Of a stretch of 64,000 nt of DNA, positions 8,872 to 18,675 are shown one piece after another. A program made the translations under genes and the position numbers. The stretch covers positions 176,444 through 240,443 of IMG/VR virus record IMGVR_UViG_3300030108_006260, one strand, 5' to 3'. Positions within the stretch are counted from its first letter, which is position 1, and every line of letters starts with the position of its first letter. The notes beneath the pieces are model-generated. The model did no database searches and was not told the origin of the DNA. It saw nothing but the letters and a program-made list of their open reading frames with translations.

Positions 8872-10584
8872 TTATGATTCTTTTACACTTTCAGAAGGAA
8901 GTATTCGGCCCCTACTGTCGAAGCTAACGTCACAGGACCATTTGTTAGAAGGAGAATATGCTCTGGGGTAAGGGTCAACCCAAACCCTAAGTGGTTCATT
9001 TGAGGGAGACTTAAATGATGGCCGGAGAAAAGAAGATCTTATCTTTTTCAGGTAAGGGGAAAACATAGAAAACAAGTAAGAAGAGAAATCCACGTACGAT
9101 AGTTCTCCAAGAAGTACCCTATCCAACTCCTCTTCTATCTCTGCATGAAAATCAGGGTCTATAAAATCAGGAAACACCTGTCTAAGAAATGTAACACATG
9201 CCTCTCCTTTAGGAGTTATTTGTATCAATCCTCTGGACATGGTCACCATGTCAAACTCTACTAGGGAATCTAATATAATAGAAACGTTGGACGGCCTTAG
9301 AATAAGGGAAGAGTCTAAGAAACCTACGACGTCAGATAGGGACGTACCAAACTTATAAGGAGTCTTAGTGTGTAGAGAAGACTCTAATATTCCCGTCTCT
9401 TCACAAGAAACAGGTATACTAGGTGAGCTAAACAAGAAGCTGCTTACCTTGTGCCACCCCGGCTTTACAAGCTCAGTGCTAGTAGCCTCCACAATTAGGT
9501 CGCTACCTTCTAAAGGTCTATAGGTACAGATGTTTGTCTGAGTAATACTGGTGACCGACTGAGACGCGAGGGCCCTAAACCATATGGAAGCGTATACGGT
9601 TCTGAGGTCACCCTTTATGCCTGAGGAAGAAGGAGTGATGGAAGGGTCTAAGGGAAATAATCCAAAGTATCTATCGGATGCATCTCCTATGAAGTCAGCA
9701 CCAGCGGTTTTGGTTATGAAAGACACTCCCTTATCAAAGGACTGAATGGACGTTTCTTTTGTTTCAAAGTCAGAGTTACCTACCAACTTACGTGTCATGA
9801 GAGACTCTAACAGACCTGCACTATATGAAGGAGAAAATCCGTACCTTGATGAAAGGAACGAGCATAGAGAAACTAGCCCAAAGCAGGAGGGAGGATCCTC
9901 TGCACTCTTTACTTCTTGGTACTCAGGTGTACATGAGGACAATAATTCCATGGCTCTCTCTGCCTTATCCCTATCAGGGATAGGAGTAGATTCGGCCAAA
10001 GCGCCACTCTCAAGCAAAGAGGATATCTGATAGTCCACCGTAGACCTTGATAGTCTGGTGTTCTTGGCTAAGATAGAAAGAACTACACCGCTGTGTCTTT
10101 CCAGGGCAACAGTGCCTATCCTGGAGGAGACTTCTTTAGAGGTCACAACAGAGGATAGATTCTCAACAAGACGACAAGACAGATAGTATGAAACCAAGGA
10201 GGTAGAGACGTCTATATTCTCATAAGAGAGACCAGAAGAAAGGTCTCCCAATTTTATTCTGTAGAAGGACGCACCACACTTGTTAGCCATAGATTCTACC
10301 CTAGAACTTATGAACTCTCCTAGGGGAGACCTATAAAAAGCTGAGTAGACTTTATCCCCTTCCGAGAAGGCGGAGGATAATCTAGAAAAAACACTAGAGT
10401 TAAGTATGCCTATCTTGGGCAGGAAGGATTTATCCTCTATTTTAAATGGCATTCCATCAGAATGTAATCCCTCAAAAACACCATCTGTAGATAAAACAGA
10501 CCATGAAGAAGGGTCCTCAAAGCGATCTATACAAGAGACTATTAAAGATGCTCTGGAGATGTTCTCTACTACTATGTAGTTCAC
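8872..10584 (-). CDS. topA: DNA topoisomerase IA-like protein, apparently catalytically degenerate
   Basis: TOPRIM-like start YIVVENISRA; later LYASIWFRALASQ, PGWHKV, LRPSNVSIILDSL, TPKGEAC, DFHAEIEEELDRV follow TopA order. DxDREGE and ITYxRTD motifs are missing. Confidence 0.7.
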   Translation of the reverse strand: MNYIVVENISRASLIVSCIDRFEDPSSWSVLSTDGVFEGLHSDGMPFKIEDKSFLPKIGILNSSVFSRLSSAFSEGDKVYSAFYRSPLGEFISSRVESMANKCGASFYRIKLGDLSSGLSYENIDVSTSLVSYYLSCRLVENLSSVVTSKEVSSRIGTVALERHSGVVLSILAKNTRLSRSTVDYQISSLLESGALAESTPIPDRDKAERAMELLSSCTPEYQEVKSAEDPPSCFGLVSLCSFLSSRYGFSPSYSAGLLESLMTRKLVGNSDFETKETSIQSFDKGVSFITKTAGADFIGDASDRYFGLFPLDPSITPSSSGIKGDLRTVYASIWFRALASQSVTSITQTNICTYRPLEGSDLIVEATSTELVKPGWHKVSSFLFSSPSIPVSCEETGILESSLHTKTPYKFGTSLSDVVGFLDSSLILRPSNVSIILDSLVEFDMVTMSRGLIQITPKGEACVTFLRQVFPDFIDPDFHAEIEEELDRVLLGELSYVDFSSYLFSMFSPYLKKIRSSFLRPSFKSPSNEPLRVWVDPYPRAYSPSNKWSCDVSFDSRGRILPSESVKES

Positions 10585-10898
10585 GATACCTCCATAAGAG
10601 CCGATTCTGCAATCGAGGACGTAAGAATACCTTCTGACTTGAACTGTAGGTGACCTCCCCTAAATATACGTAGCTGGGGTACACGGACGCAACTAGTCTC
10701 TGGCAAACTGGATCCAAGCTCACTTGCTTCAGTAGACGCTACTAAATATCCAAGACCTGAAAATCTAGATTCGAACAAACTAAGAAGTGACAAAGACCTA
10801 GAACTCATAGAGTCGCCTGGTGTTACTAGTAGTAAAACTAAGGGTGTTTTAAGTCTAACCAGAGCTGACGCTGAATCGTAAGTTAATTTGGTGATCAT
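10581..10898 (-). CDS. Thioredoxin-fold protein lacking CxxC
   Basis: 105 aa; PLVLLLVTPGDSMS at the WCGPC position; VRVPQLRIFRGG matches the cis-Pro/beta-hairpin. Confidence 0.55.
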   Translation of the reverse strand: MITKLTYDSASALVRLKTPLVLLLVTPGDSMSSRSLSLLSLFESRFSGLGYLVASTEASELGSSLPETSCVRVPQLRIFRGGHLQFKSEGILTSSIAESALMEVS

Positions 10899-10901
10899 AG
10901 C

Positions 10902-10933
10902 AAAAAGGGAAGGAGATAATCTCCTTCCCTTTT
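10902..10933 (-). terminator. Rho-independent terminator after SSB (symmetric, could act in both directions)
   Basis: AAAAGGGAAGGAGA-taa-TCTCCTTCCCTTTT perfect hairpin. Confidence 0.8.
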
Positions 10934-10954
10934 ACACTAAGGCACTACTTTTTA

Positions 10955-11989
10955 TTACAAATCGTCAAAGTCATCGAAGTCATCGTCGAAGTCGTCATCC
11001 ATGTCGTCGACGGGAGGACTCTTTTTCTTTGTCTTCTTGGGAGGAGTATCCTCCTCATCATCGTCGTCGAAGTCGTCGAAGTCATCATCGTCGTCTTCTT
11101 CTACAGGTTCGACCTTTTTAGGCTTTCGCCTCTTAGGTGAAGGAGGAACATCCTCTTCATCGTCCTCGTCGTCATCGTCCTCGTCGTCATCCTCTGGTTC
11201 AGGTTCAGGCTTTTTAGCCTTTCTCTTCTTCTTGGGGGATTTTTTAGCAGGAACGTCGTCGTCGTCATCATCATCTTCGTCATCAACAGAAACAGATGCC
11301 TTCTTCTTACTTGGAAGAACTACCGAAGAGTCAGGGCCCCCAGAAGAGTCCTCTCCTTCGAAGTAACCGTGGCGACGCAAATCCATTCTAATTTTATCAA
11401 GGTCAGGCTCCAGCCAGTACTCGCTGAAGTCAACTACCTCTAGGGACAGTTCGCTCTCATCAAGAGGAGCCCTATCACCCTTCTGTACTTGCCACTCGAT
11501 CCCACCTCTCTTTTTAGAGTTCTGCTTCATAAGATGAATGTCGCATCCATTTTTCTTATGGCTGACAGAATAAGGTGTTCCCTTGACAGAGTTTAGTTTC
11601 TTTAGGTCAACAAGCTGCCTCATGACAGTCGGGGAAATGTCTAGTGCTACCATAGGATCTGATGTACCTGAGCCCTGGGCCTCTCTGTCGATAGCATTCA
11701 TCATGTATCGAACAGAAGGACGCATGCCAAGTTCACAACAAGGACATCCTCCCTTTTTAGAGGGGGATTCTGTCTCTTCGTCCCAGTTGTTGCAGTCTAC
11801 GGGGTATCTCTTGATCTGACCGTCTTTGTTCTTGAACTCGATCCAATGCTGTGCGTAAGAAAAGACTCCTCCTACTACACGGAAGGTGTAGAACTCGTCT
11901 TTCTTAGGCATCTGAGCAATGTTAATGTCTTGCTTCCAGTTGTGGTCCTTTGACCGTGGTTTAACATCATCGAAATCTTTTAGTGCCAT
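10955..11989 (-). CDS. Single-stranded DNA-binding protein (T4 gp32-like)
   Basis: QHW...C...GCPCCE Zn site, RYMMNAIDR, GCDIHL; long acidic C-terminal tail ending DDFDDFDDL. Confidence 0.75.
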   Translation of the reverse strand: MALKDFDDVKPRSKDHNWKQDINIAQMPKKDEFYTFRVVGGVFSYAQHWIEFKNKDGQIKRYPVDCNNWDEETESPSKKGGCPCCELGMRPSVRYMMNAIDREAQGSGTSDPMVALDISPTVMRQLVDLKKLNSVKGTPYSVSHKKNGCDIHLMKQNSKKRGGIEWQVQKGDRAPLDESELSLEVVDFSEYWLEPDLDKIRMDLRRHGYFEGEDSSGGPDSSVVLPSKKKASVSVDDEDDDDDDDVPAKKSPKKKRKAKKPEPEPEDDDEDDDDEDDEEDVPPSPKRRKPKKVEPVEEDDDDDFDDFDDDDEEDTPPKKTKKKSPPVDDMDDDFDDDFDDFDDL

Positions 11990-12014
11990 TATTACCTGTT
12001 ATACGTTTTACGTT

Positions 12015-13229
12015 CTAAAGTGTTTGATTCTCTTTTTCAAGTTGAACATCACGAGAATCCAAGTGTTGGTCTACATACTCTGTCAACCCAAAAGATAGAC
12101 AGACCATGTTCCTTAAGTCTGTTGGTAAGTTTTTAAGTAGAATCTTCACAGAGTCTGACGCCAGTTCATTTACAGAAGAGGAGTCGGGTGGTGCCTCGAT
12201 AAAACTAGCAAGTGTTGCTGTTTTAAGTGGATGGTCTAATGACCTTACCTGGCTGGCCCTGACCATTCCATATATGGAGGATATATGACCTTCAGAATAG
12301 CCAGAAAGGGTGCTCAGTGCCTTGTTGTCAAGAGGGCCCCTTTTGGACTCGTGCTTACGCCTAACATCCTCTAGTTTAGAGTAATGTTGCCAGGTGTTTG
12401 AGGATACTTTTATTATGTTAGAGTCTTCCTTCAAATGTAGGAGCATTCTTTGACGAATCCACCATCTTGCATGTCCTACAAAACGTGCATTAGAGATATG
12501 ATCGTAAGAAGATACTGCTCTAAGAAGACCAAAACTACCATTCTGGTAACAGTCAAGGGAATGATCTTCACTTATCGCTTGTGACTTAGCCTGCTTGAAT
12601 ATTACCCTAGCATACGCCTCAAAAATTCTATCATAAATCTTACGTAGTGATTTTATCCTAAGACCTATGTATCGAACCACACCAAAGGCAGTACGTGGCT
12701 CTAGACCAGAGTCTAGTTCTATTTTATTACAAGAAGAATCAAATTTAGAAGCAGCAACAAAGTCCTCTGCAATAGTAGCTTTAAGTCCAGATATTGAAGC
12801 ATCTACGTACCCCTCGGTCATAGAATACCACTCTGTAAGTATTTGCTCGAAAACCATTCGAGTGAGAGGAAGACTTAGTACAATTTCAAGCTGTCTCTGC
12901 TTGTCATCGTTTAACATAGCAAGCTGTAAGTCCATACATCGTGACAAGAAGTTGGCTTCGCGCGCTTCATTGTCTGCTGGAACGTCTTTTAACGTATCTT
13001 CAATATATGCTACACTTCTACGATAGATTGCCTTATTTCTATCTAAGTTAGAGGCTACTTCAGCACCCAAGTCTAATATACGAGACTGTACATAGGAGTT
13101 CTCTAGTATAAGAAGCCTAATGCAGTCCATTACTAGTGACGAACACTGAGCAAAAAGAGGAAACAGCTCCTCTTGGGTCAGGGTGTCACCAGAGTTTACC
13201 TTGTCTATGAATTTTCTGGCACTAAGCAT
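12015..13229 (-). CDS. Phage RNA polymerase sigma70-family factor
   Basis: Region 2 DCYQNGSFGLLRAVSSYD...RFVGHARWWIRQ, region 3 VRSLDHPL, region 4.1 LPTDLRNMVCLSFGL. Confidence 0.85.
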   Translation of the reverse strand: MLSARKFIDKVNSGDTLTQEELFPLFAQCSSLVMDCIRLLILENSYVQSRILDLGAEVASNLDRNKAIYRRSVAYIEDTLKDVPADNEAREANFLSRCMDLQLAMLNDDKQRQLEIVLSLPLTRMVFEQILTEWYSMTEGYVDASISGLKATIAEDFVAASKFDSSCNKIELDSGLEPRTAFGVVRYIGLRIKSLRKIYDRIFEAYARVIFKQAKSQAISEDHSLDCYQNGSFGLLRAVSSYDHISNARFVGHARWWIRQRMLLHLKEDSNIIKVSSNTWQHYSKLEDVRRKHESKRGPLDNKALSTLSGYSEGHISSIYGMVRASQVRSLDHPLKTATLASFIEAPPDSSSVNELASDSVKILLKNLPTDLRNMVCLSFGLTEYVDQHLDSRDVQLEKENQTL

Positions 13230-13675
13230 TATGTCAATCCTGAAAGCTTCTTATTAGGGGAGGATACGGCCTTCCTTGACTTCTCGTTGTTAGGGGACAA
13301 GATGGTCTCTGCAAGTTTCATGAGGTGAGGACATAATCCTATCTTCTGTGTCCCTGTGTAGGAAGTGGGAATGTCTGATTTACGTATTTTTACTTCAGTT
13401 GCATCGTTTGATGCCAAACTAAGAGCAAGTCGGTATCTGAAATAGTTACAAGAGCACGATACGGTACACGGAGAAGTAGATGAAACTTTTTCGTCATATA
13501 CCTTTATCTTTGGTACTCGTAAGTCCTTACCACCACTTACAACAGCTGAGAATAAAATAAACTCATCGTTGGGGTCATCGGACTCTGACCTTCCTAGCTT
13601 CTCTATTCTATAGTATGATTTCCACGATCTCTTATCGTTTTGACTCATGGCTACAAGCTGACCCAGATTAATCAT
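13229..13675 (-). CDS. SWIM zinc-finger protein
   Basis: VSCSCNYF...GLCPHL (CxC-xn-CxH). Confidence 0.7.
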   Translation of the reverse strand: MINLGQLVAMSQNDKRSWKSYYRIEKLGRSESDDPNDEFILFSAVVSGGKDLRVPKIKVYDEKVSSTSPCTVSCSCNYFRYRLALSLASNDATEVKIRKSDIPTSYTGTQKIGLCPHLMKLAETILSPNNEKSRKAVSSPNKKLSGLT

Positions 13676-13925
13676 CTAGGTTACCTTGTACGATATCAAG
13701 GGTACGAAGGCATGCCTTTAGCTTACGTATAGCAAACTTATTTTTAGGGTGCGACATACCTCTTTTAAGATCAGATACAGTAGACCCCTGAATAAGGAAA
13801 GAAAGAGACTGTGCTATGTGGAATATAGCATCATCTTCTGTCACACCCTGTTTTAGGGTCACAAACCCTAAAAGTTCCTGTGCGTCCATTCCTGTTGCTA
13901 CGTGTGCTTTTCTTCTCTTGCTCAT
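13668..13925 (-). CDS. Hypothetical protein
   Basis: ORF; ATG at 13925 (MSKRRKAH) preferred to the upstream TTG. Confidence 0.5.
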   Translation of the reverse strand: MSKRRKAHVATGMDAQELLGFVTLKQGVTEDDAIFHIAQSLSFLIQGSTVSDLKRGMSHPKNKFAIRKLKACLRTLDIVQGNLDD

Positions 13926-13985
13926 ACTATGGTTGTATTTCCAGGTAAGCAAAAGAAGAAAACACGTAAGGTGTATAAAGAATAG

Positions 13986-15923
13986 TCACGAACCAGTTTT
14001 TACAAGGTCCACAACTTCACATACACCACCAGAACACGCTAATGTGTGACTTCCAACCGTATTGTCCGTCTCCTCGTAAGAGGAAAGCTGAGACCAGTCT
14101 ATATCTGGCATGCTTTCTACGAGTGAGTTGTAAGTTTCTACGTCTACTTCCTCGTAAGGAGCCTGCTCGTAAACGTGGTCCGATTGGGGAAGGAAAGATA
14201 TGCCAGACACAGTGTCAAAATTATCCCACAGCCACTGTCCTACTTCCATGAAGTCATCGTCCTTATAATAAACAGTGCAAGATGGCTTGTGCTCACACCA
14301 GTGGTTCTGGTAAATCAACCATAGGTTCAACTGGTCTAGGGCAGATACGCTCTTGACCACCTTAGAAGACTTGGGGCTTTTTATTGGAAAAGAGAATACA
14401 AGAGCACTATCGTTAAATCCATCTTCCTCACAGGGAACACCTACGTCTTGTAGAAAAGTTCCGATTGGATCTTTCTTATCAATACGAACTCTCCTAATGT
14501 AATGAGAAGAGAAGCGTGCGTGAATTCCACTAGAGGAGTTTACTAACTGACTTACTGTGCCACTAGGTTTAACTGCGGTAACTGCTACACTGGCATTAAT
14601 TCCCAACATAGATGCCCACTTAGCATTAGTAGATACTGCATGGTCTCTTAGTCGTTCCAAAAGTGCAGGCAAGTCTTTGTTGTTTGCGTCTCCTAGAACA
14701 GGATGATCCATAATACCTGTGAGAGAAACTCCCAAAAGCCTCTCTTCCTCGGTGTTCTTCGACCATATTTTTCTAAGGTATCTAAATTTAGTAAGAGTAC
14801 TTTGCAGAGTACCTAAAGCAGCAGCTACTGTTATCTTGTCCTTAAGTGTCTGCTCGGTGTCCTCGGACCTAACAACAACTTCAGACAGGTTACAGAACTG
14901 ATAAGGTCTAAGTATAATTTCTGAGCAAGGATTTGTGCCGAAGTCGCGGTCAGAGTCGCGTCTTCCATTCTTAGCAGCCTGCTTCTGAGCAGCGACTCTG
15001 CTGAACACGCCACGTTCTCCCGATTTGCTTTCGTAAAGGGATGTCCATTCATTAAGGAACACTCTGAAGTCTGGCTTCTCTGTGTAGCAAGCGGAGTTGT
15101 TAGCCAGTGACCTCTGCTTCTCTTCAATGTACCACTGCCCTGCCTTGGCTCCCCTCATCCTGTCGTCGCTAAGGTTGCTCAAACTAATAAGAGCAGACCT
15201 TCTAACTCCTCCAACTACCACTATTTCTGCTATCTTACATACAAGGTCATGACATTCAAGAGAGGAAAGCTTTCGACCCGCTGCTTTTTTGAACAGGGAC
15301 ACAGAAAAGTTGAACAACTTTTCTAAGGGCTCAGGACCTGATGACCTTCCTCCAAATGTCTTAAGTCTGGCTCCTGCCTTTCTGACCTTAGAAAGGTCCC
15401 ATTGAGGTACCTGACCGTTGTACAACAGGCTTATGAGTGTCTTAAAAGAAGATGCCCATCCTATCCTAGAATCAGCAACATGTATAATGGTTTCGGACTG
15501 GTAGAACTCTTCTGCTACATCAGGTAGCTTATTAACATATTGTCGTTCTACAGAGAATCCTACGCCTGTTCCGCACATCAAAATGTACATTATCTCGTCA
15601 AAGGCGAGTGGATGGTCGATAGGAAGGTAAGAGCAGTTATAACCAGCTACTGAGTCCCTCTTAAGGGCTGGACCAGCAGTCATTAGAGCACGCATACTCG
15701 GCATGGTCTCGAAGCTTAGTATTTTAGGAGAAAGGGCTCTGATCTCTTTTTCTAGAGAAGGATTCCTCTCTACAAAGAAAGATATGTACCTCTCTACGGT
15801 CTCTTCCCACGTCTCCCTACGTTCTTTTTCATCGATCCACCTTGCGTACCTAGATAGGTGAATAAATTGTGAGTAAGAAGGTGTCCCAGTTGCTGCGAAA
15901 AAACCAGTAGGCTCATGTGTCAT
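13986..15923 (-). CDS. nrdJ: Class II (adenosylcobalamin-dependent) ribonucleotide reductase
   Basis: SRYARW, PSMRALMTAG, YNCSY, GGVRRSALISL, TNPCSEIIL, VKPSGTVSQL, WCEHKPS, C-terminal LACSGGVCE. Confidence 0.95.
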   Translation of the reverse strand: MTHEPTGFFAATGTPSYSQFIHLSRYARWIDEKERRETWEETVERYISFFVERNPSLEKEIRALSPKILSFETMPSMRALMTAGPALKRDSVAGYNCSYLPIDHPLAFDEIMYILMCGTGVGFSVERQYVNKLPDVAEEFYQSETIIHVADSRIGWASSFKTLISLLYNGQVPQWDLSKVRKAGARLKTFGGRSSGPEPLEKLFNFSVSLFKKAAGRKLSSLECHDLVCKIAEIVVVGGVRRSALISLSNLSDDRMRGAKAGQWYIEEKQRSLANNSACYTEKPDFRVFLNEWTSLYESKSGERGVFSRVAAQKQAAKNGRRDSDRDFGTNPCSEIILRPYQFCNLSEVVVRSEDTEQTLKDKITVAAALGTLQSTLTKFRYLRKIWSKNTEEERLLGVSLTGIMDHPVLGDANNKDLPALLERLRDHAVSTNAKWASMLGINASVAVTAVKPSGTVSQLVNSSSGIHARFSSHYIRRVRIDKKDPIGTFLQDVGVPCEEDGFNDSALVFSFPIKSPKSSKVVKSVSALDQLNLWLIYQNHWCEHKPSCTVYYKDDDFMEVGQWLWDNFDTVSGISFLPQSDHVYEQAPYEEVDVETYNSLVESMPDIDWSQLSSYEETDNTVGSHTLACSGGVCEVVDLVKTGS

Positions 15924-16085
15924 TTGATACAAGTCTCCATTTCTGCGAAGACGCAGAAAAACAAATACCTTCCCAGAATCATCCTCAGTAGGAGGGAGGG
16001 AAGGTCAATTTTTAACCTCTCTGAAGAGGTATAAAGTAGATAAGAGGATACAAGGTAAGAGTAAGTACAGTAAACAGGAAAAATG

Positions 16086-16541
16086 CTACAACCACTTATT
16101 AAGTGACTTCATGTACGCATTTAGGTGCTTTCTTAAGCAAGAAATGGCCAAGTCCAAAGATTTTTCATCCACAGCAGATGATACTGTAGGTACGAGGTCA
16201 GATTGTGCAACTTTCCAAACCTTAGAATCTACCTTAAAGGCATGTGCAATCTGAAGATAACTGTTACTTACAGCAGAAAGAGTAACTGCTTTATCTGAAG
16301 CAGAGTAAGAACTAGACTTATCCAAGGTGACTAAGAGAAGGTTGCTGATCTTTAGCAGTTCTTGTGCTCTCTTTACTGTGTACGTGTTGTCCTCTCCACC
16401 AGAAGACTTGTGTCCCCTAGATTCAAGGGAGGATTTAAGTGAAGACACCAAAGTCATTAGCTCGTCCTTTTCATCTTCAGGCAGAGAATCCGATAGTATC
16501 AACTTCTTAATCTCAAGAAGTGTATCCAAGGCACTAGTCAT
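16086..16541 (-). CDS. Hypothetical protein
   Basis: 151-aa helical ORF. Confidence 0.55.
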   Translation of the reverse strand: MTSALDTLLEIKKLILSDSLPEDEKDELMTLVSSLKSSLESRGHKSSGGEDNTYTVKRAQELLKISNLLLVTLDKSSSYSASDKAVTLSAVSNSYLQIAHAFKVDSKVWKVAQSDLVPTVSSAVDEKSLDLAISCLRKHLNAYMKSLNKWL

Positions 16542-16544
16542 TAG

Positions 16545-17381
16545 TCAAATCTTTTTCCTCAGAGAGGACACAGGAAGTAGCATAGAGTCTAGACTAGGAC
16601 TGAAACATATTCCGGCATACGTACATCCTGACCAGGACCCCTCACTAGAGGATTTACATATACCGTCGGGTATATGACCGGAATAGAGTGAGTCCCTCGC
16701 TTCAGAGTAAGATTCCACTGCATCGGTGTACGTGTCAGGTATAGGATCTACTACAAAAACCTTAAAATCCTGAGGACGGTCTCTACTTAGGTAGACAAAA
16801 ACAATCTTGTCTAGATCCCAACCTTCTTGTAAGTTTATTCCCTCAAGGTAAGCTGATGCCTGTACATGGTGTTTTTTATAAGGAGAGGTAAGCTTTGGAA
16901 GATTAGAAGAACCTGTGGTCTTAAACTCCCACACCGCATTCATTGAAGGAACTATACCATCTACGTGGGCACCTAGAGATCCTTCTATGTTGTATTCCTC
17001 ATACATCTGAGGTCTACCGCAGACAGGACAGCTACGGGAACCTAACCTCTCCTTTTCTATAACACCACAGCATGACCAATGGCCATACAAAACATTATTC
17101 ATTCCTAAGAACTGCTGTATAACTTCGTGGACGGCAGTTCCTATGCCTACGTAAAACCTAAACCCATAAGACTCTTCTCTGAGAGCTTCGTCAGGGTACC
17201 TGTGATGTATAACCATCTCCCTGGGACAGAATGGAAGCCTAGAAGCCCTGAACTCATACTTCTGGGGGTAGAAAATACCAGGGCTAGGATCTAGATCAGA
17301 CTGCTTATTACTGCCTATAGAAGCAGAGATGAGGTCCGCTGCCTGTTTCTCAAGCTTGCTCTTCTTTTTAAGACTAGACAT
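16545..17381 (-). CDS. Cas4-like / RecB-family PD-(D/E)XK exonuclease
   Basis: ASRLPFCPR, GTAVHE, HVDG, WEFKTT, QASAY, and C-terminal C...CTYAGIC Fe-S ligands. Confidence 0.85.
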   Translation of the reverse strand: MSSLKKKSKLEKQAADLISASIGSNKQSDLDPSPGIFYPQKYEFRASRLPFCPREMVIHHRYPDEALREESYGFRFYVGIGTAVHEVIQQFLGMNNVLYGHWSCCGVIEKERLGSRSCPVCGRPQMYEEYNIEGSLGAHVDGIVPSMNAVWEFKTTGSSNLPKLTSPYKKHHVQASAYLEGINLQEGWDLDKIVFVYLSRDRPQDFKVFVVDPIPDTYTDAVESYSEARDSLYSGHIPDGICKSSSEGSWSGCTYAGICFSPSLDSMLLPVSSLRKKI

Positions 17382-18312
17382 TAGAAATCTTGGATTTTAG
17401 CCACTCAATCTGATTATCGTCTAGGCTTCCGGGGTCATCTCCATCAGGTAAACGAAGTACTGAGAACGAAGTAAATGACTTCAGACTCTTTTTTATTTCT
17501 GCTGCTGCCTTCTTTCCCGCTGCGTCACCGTCCATTAGTACGAAGACATGCTTTTTGCTAAGTAGCAGTAGTAGGTCTCTTTTTGAAAAGGACCAGTTAG
17601 TTGAACCAAGTATCGACAAAGCCGGTATGCCCTGACTTAGTAAGTAGAGAGCATCGAATTCTCCCTCAACGAGAACTACAAATGGATAAGATCCGTAGTG
17701 GTCTACAACAAAGTCAAAAGGGAATAGTACTTTACGGGCAGAACACCATGGTGCTCTATAGTACTTAACCTCGGGAGAAGTGTCTAGCCTTCGTGCAACA
17801 TAACCAACTAGGGATCCCTGCTGGTAGTAGGGCCATAGTATACGGTCAACACCAGAATGGTCCCACCTAAAACTTGGGACCTTGGATAAGAAGGAACTTG
17901 TAGTTCCTCTCCAGTCTCCCCCGTCCCAAATTGATAAATTCTTAGGGAGATGACCTTCTTCAGTAGAAGAAGACCCCTCAAGCCTTGACTTAAGTCCTGA
18001 GAAAAGATTTTTATTTATTACTTTTTCGGTGAAAGTCTCAGACTCGAATGACATGGAGCTGAACTTAGCTAGACCCATCTCGGGTGCGAGTTTGTTCCAA
18101 CTACCTGACCAGTTACAGACCCAGCAGTGGCACTTTTTACCGTTACGAGTTATTTCAAGTTTATATTTAGAGTCACTTCCTTTGTCGTGAGGAAAAGGGC
18201 AGCATATTTTTATGTCTTTCCTACCGACTCTATAGTCAATACCAGCGCGACTAAGTTCGCTGGTGATATGAAGCTCAGCTTCTATCGGATTAGGCCATAT
18301 AAACTTCTTCAA
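17374..18312 (-). CDS. dnaG: DNA primase (DnaG-type)
   Basis: Zn finger CPFPH...CHCWVC; TOPRIM VLVEGEFDAL, MDGDAAG, DDPG. Confidence 0.9.
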   Translation of the reverse strand: MKKFIWPNPIEAELHITSELSRAGIDYRVGRKDIKICCPFPHDKGSDSKYKLEITRNGKKCHCWVCNWSGSWNKLAPEMGLAKFSSMSFESETFTEKVINKNLFSGLKSRLEGSSSTEEGHLPKNLSIWDGGDWRGTTSSFLSKVPSFRWDHSGVDRILWPYYQQGSLVGYVARRLDTSPEVKYYRAPWCSARKVLFPFDFVVDHYGSYPFVVLVEGEFDALYLLSQGIPALSILGSTNWSFSKRDLLLLLSKKHVFVLMDGDAAGKKAAAEIKKSLKSFTSFSVLRLPDGDDPGSLDDNQIEWLKSKISNV

Positions 18313-18316
18313 AGAA

Positions 18317-18658
18317 TCACTCGCTGATGAGAGAGTCTTTCTCCTCGCTAGGACCTGATAGGATCAGTTCAGTCCTGGAGATAAGATCATTCCATCGCAC
18401 GGCACCTAAGGGTGTGGAAGATGGGTCCATCTCTTTAGCGTGAGATAACCACTCTCCTAACAAGTTTAGGTGGGCATGAGGAGTAACAAAAATCTGAGTC
18501 AAAACAAGGAGAGGTGGATTGGAGTAATCCGAAATTGGTACATGTTCCTTACTCAAGGTAAGGTCCATTACCTTAGTGTCTCCTACTAAGTAGGTAACCA
18601 AGTGGTACTGGTCATCATGAGATGAAACCTGAACATTAACTAATGGAAGGGTCTTCAT
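18317..18658 (-). CDS. Hypothetical protein
   Basis: 113-aa ORF. Confidence 0.55.
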   Translation of the reverse strand: MKTLPLVNVQVSSHDDQYHLVTYLVGDTKVMDLTLSKEHVPISDYSNPPLLVLTQIFVTPHAHLNLLGEWLSHAKEMDPSSTPLGAVRWNDLISRTELILSGPSEEKDSLISE

Positions 18659-18675
18659 GGTAGCCCTTTACAGTA

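Noticed and set aside
15933-16085. Cobalamin riboswitch upstream of nrdJ
   Set aside because: No recognisable B12-box or conserved core; region is short
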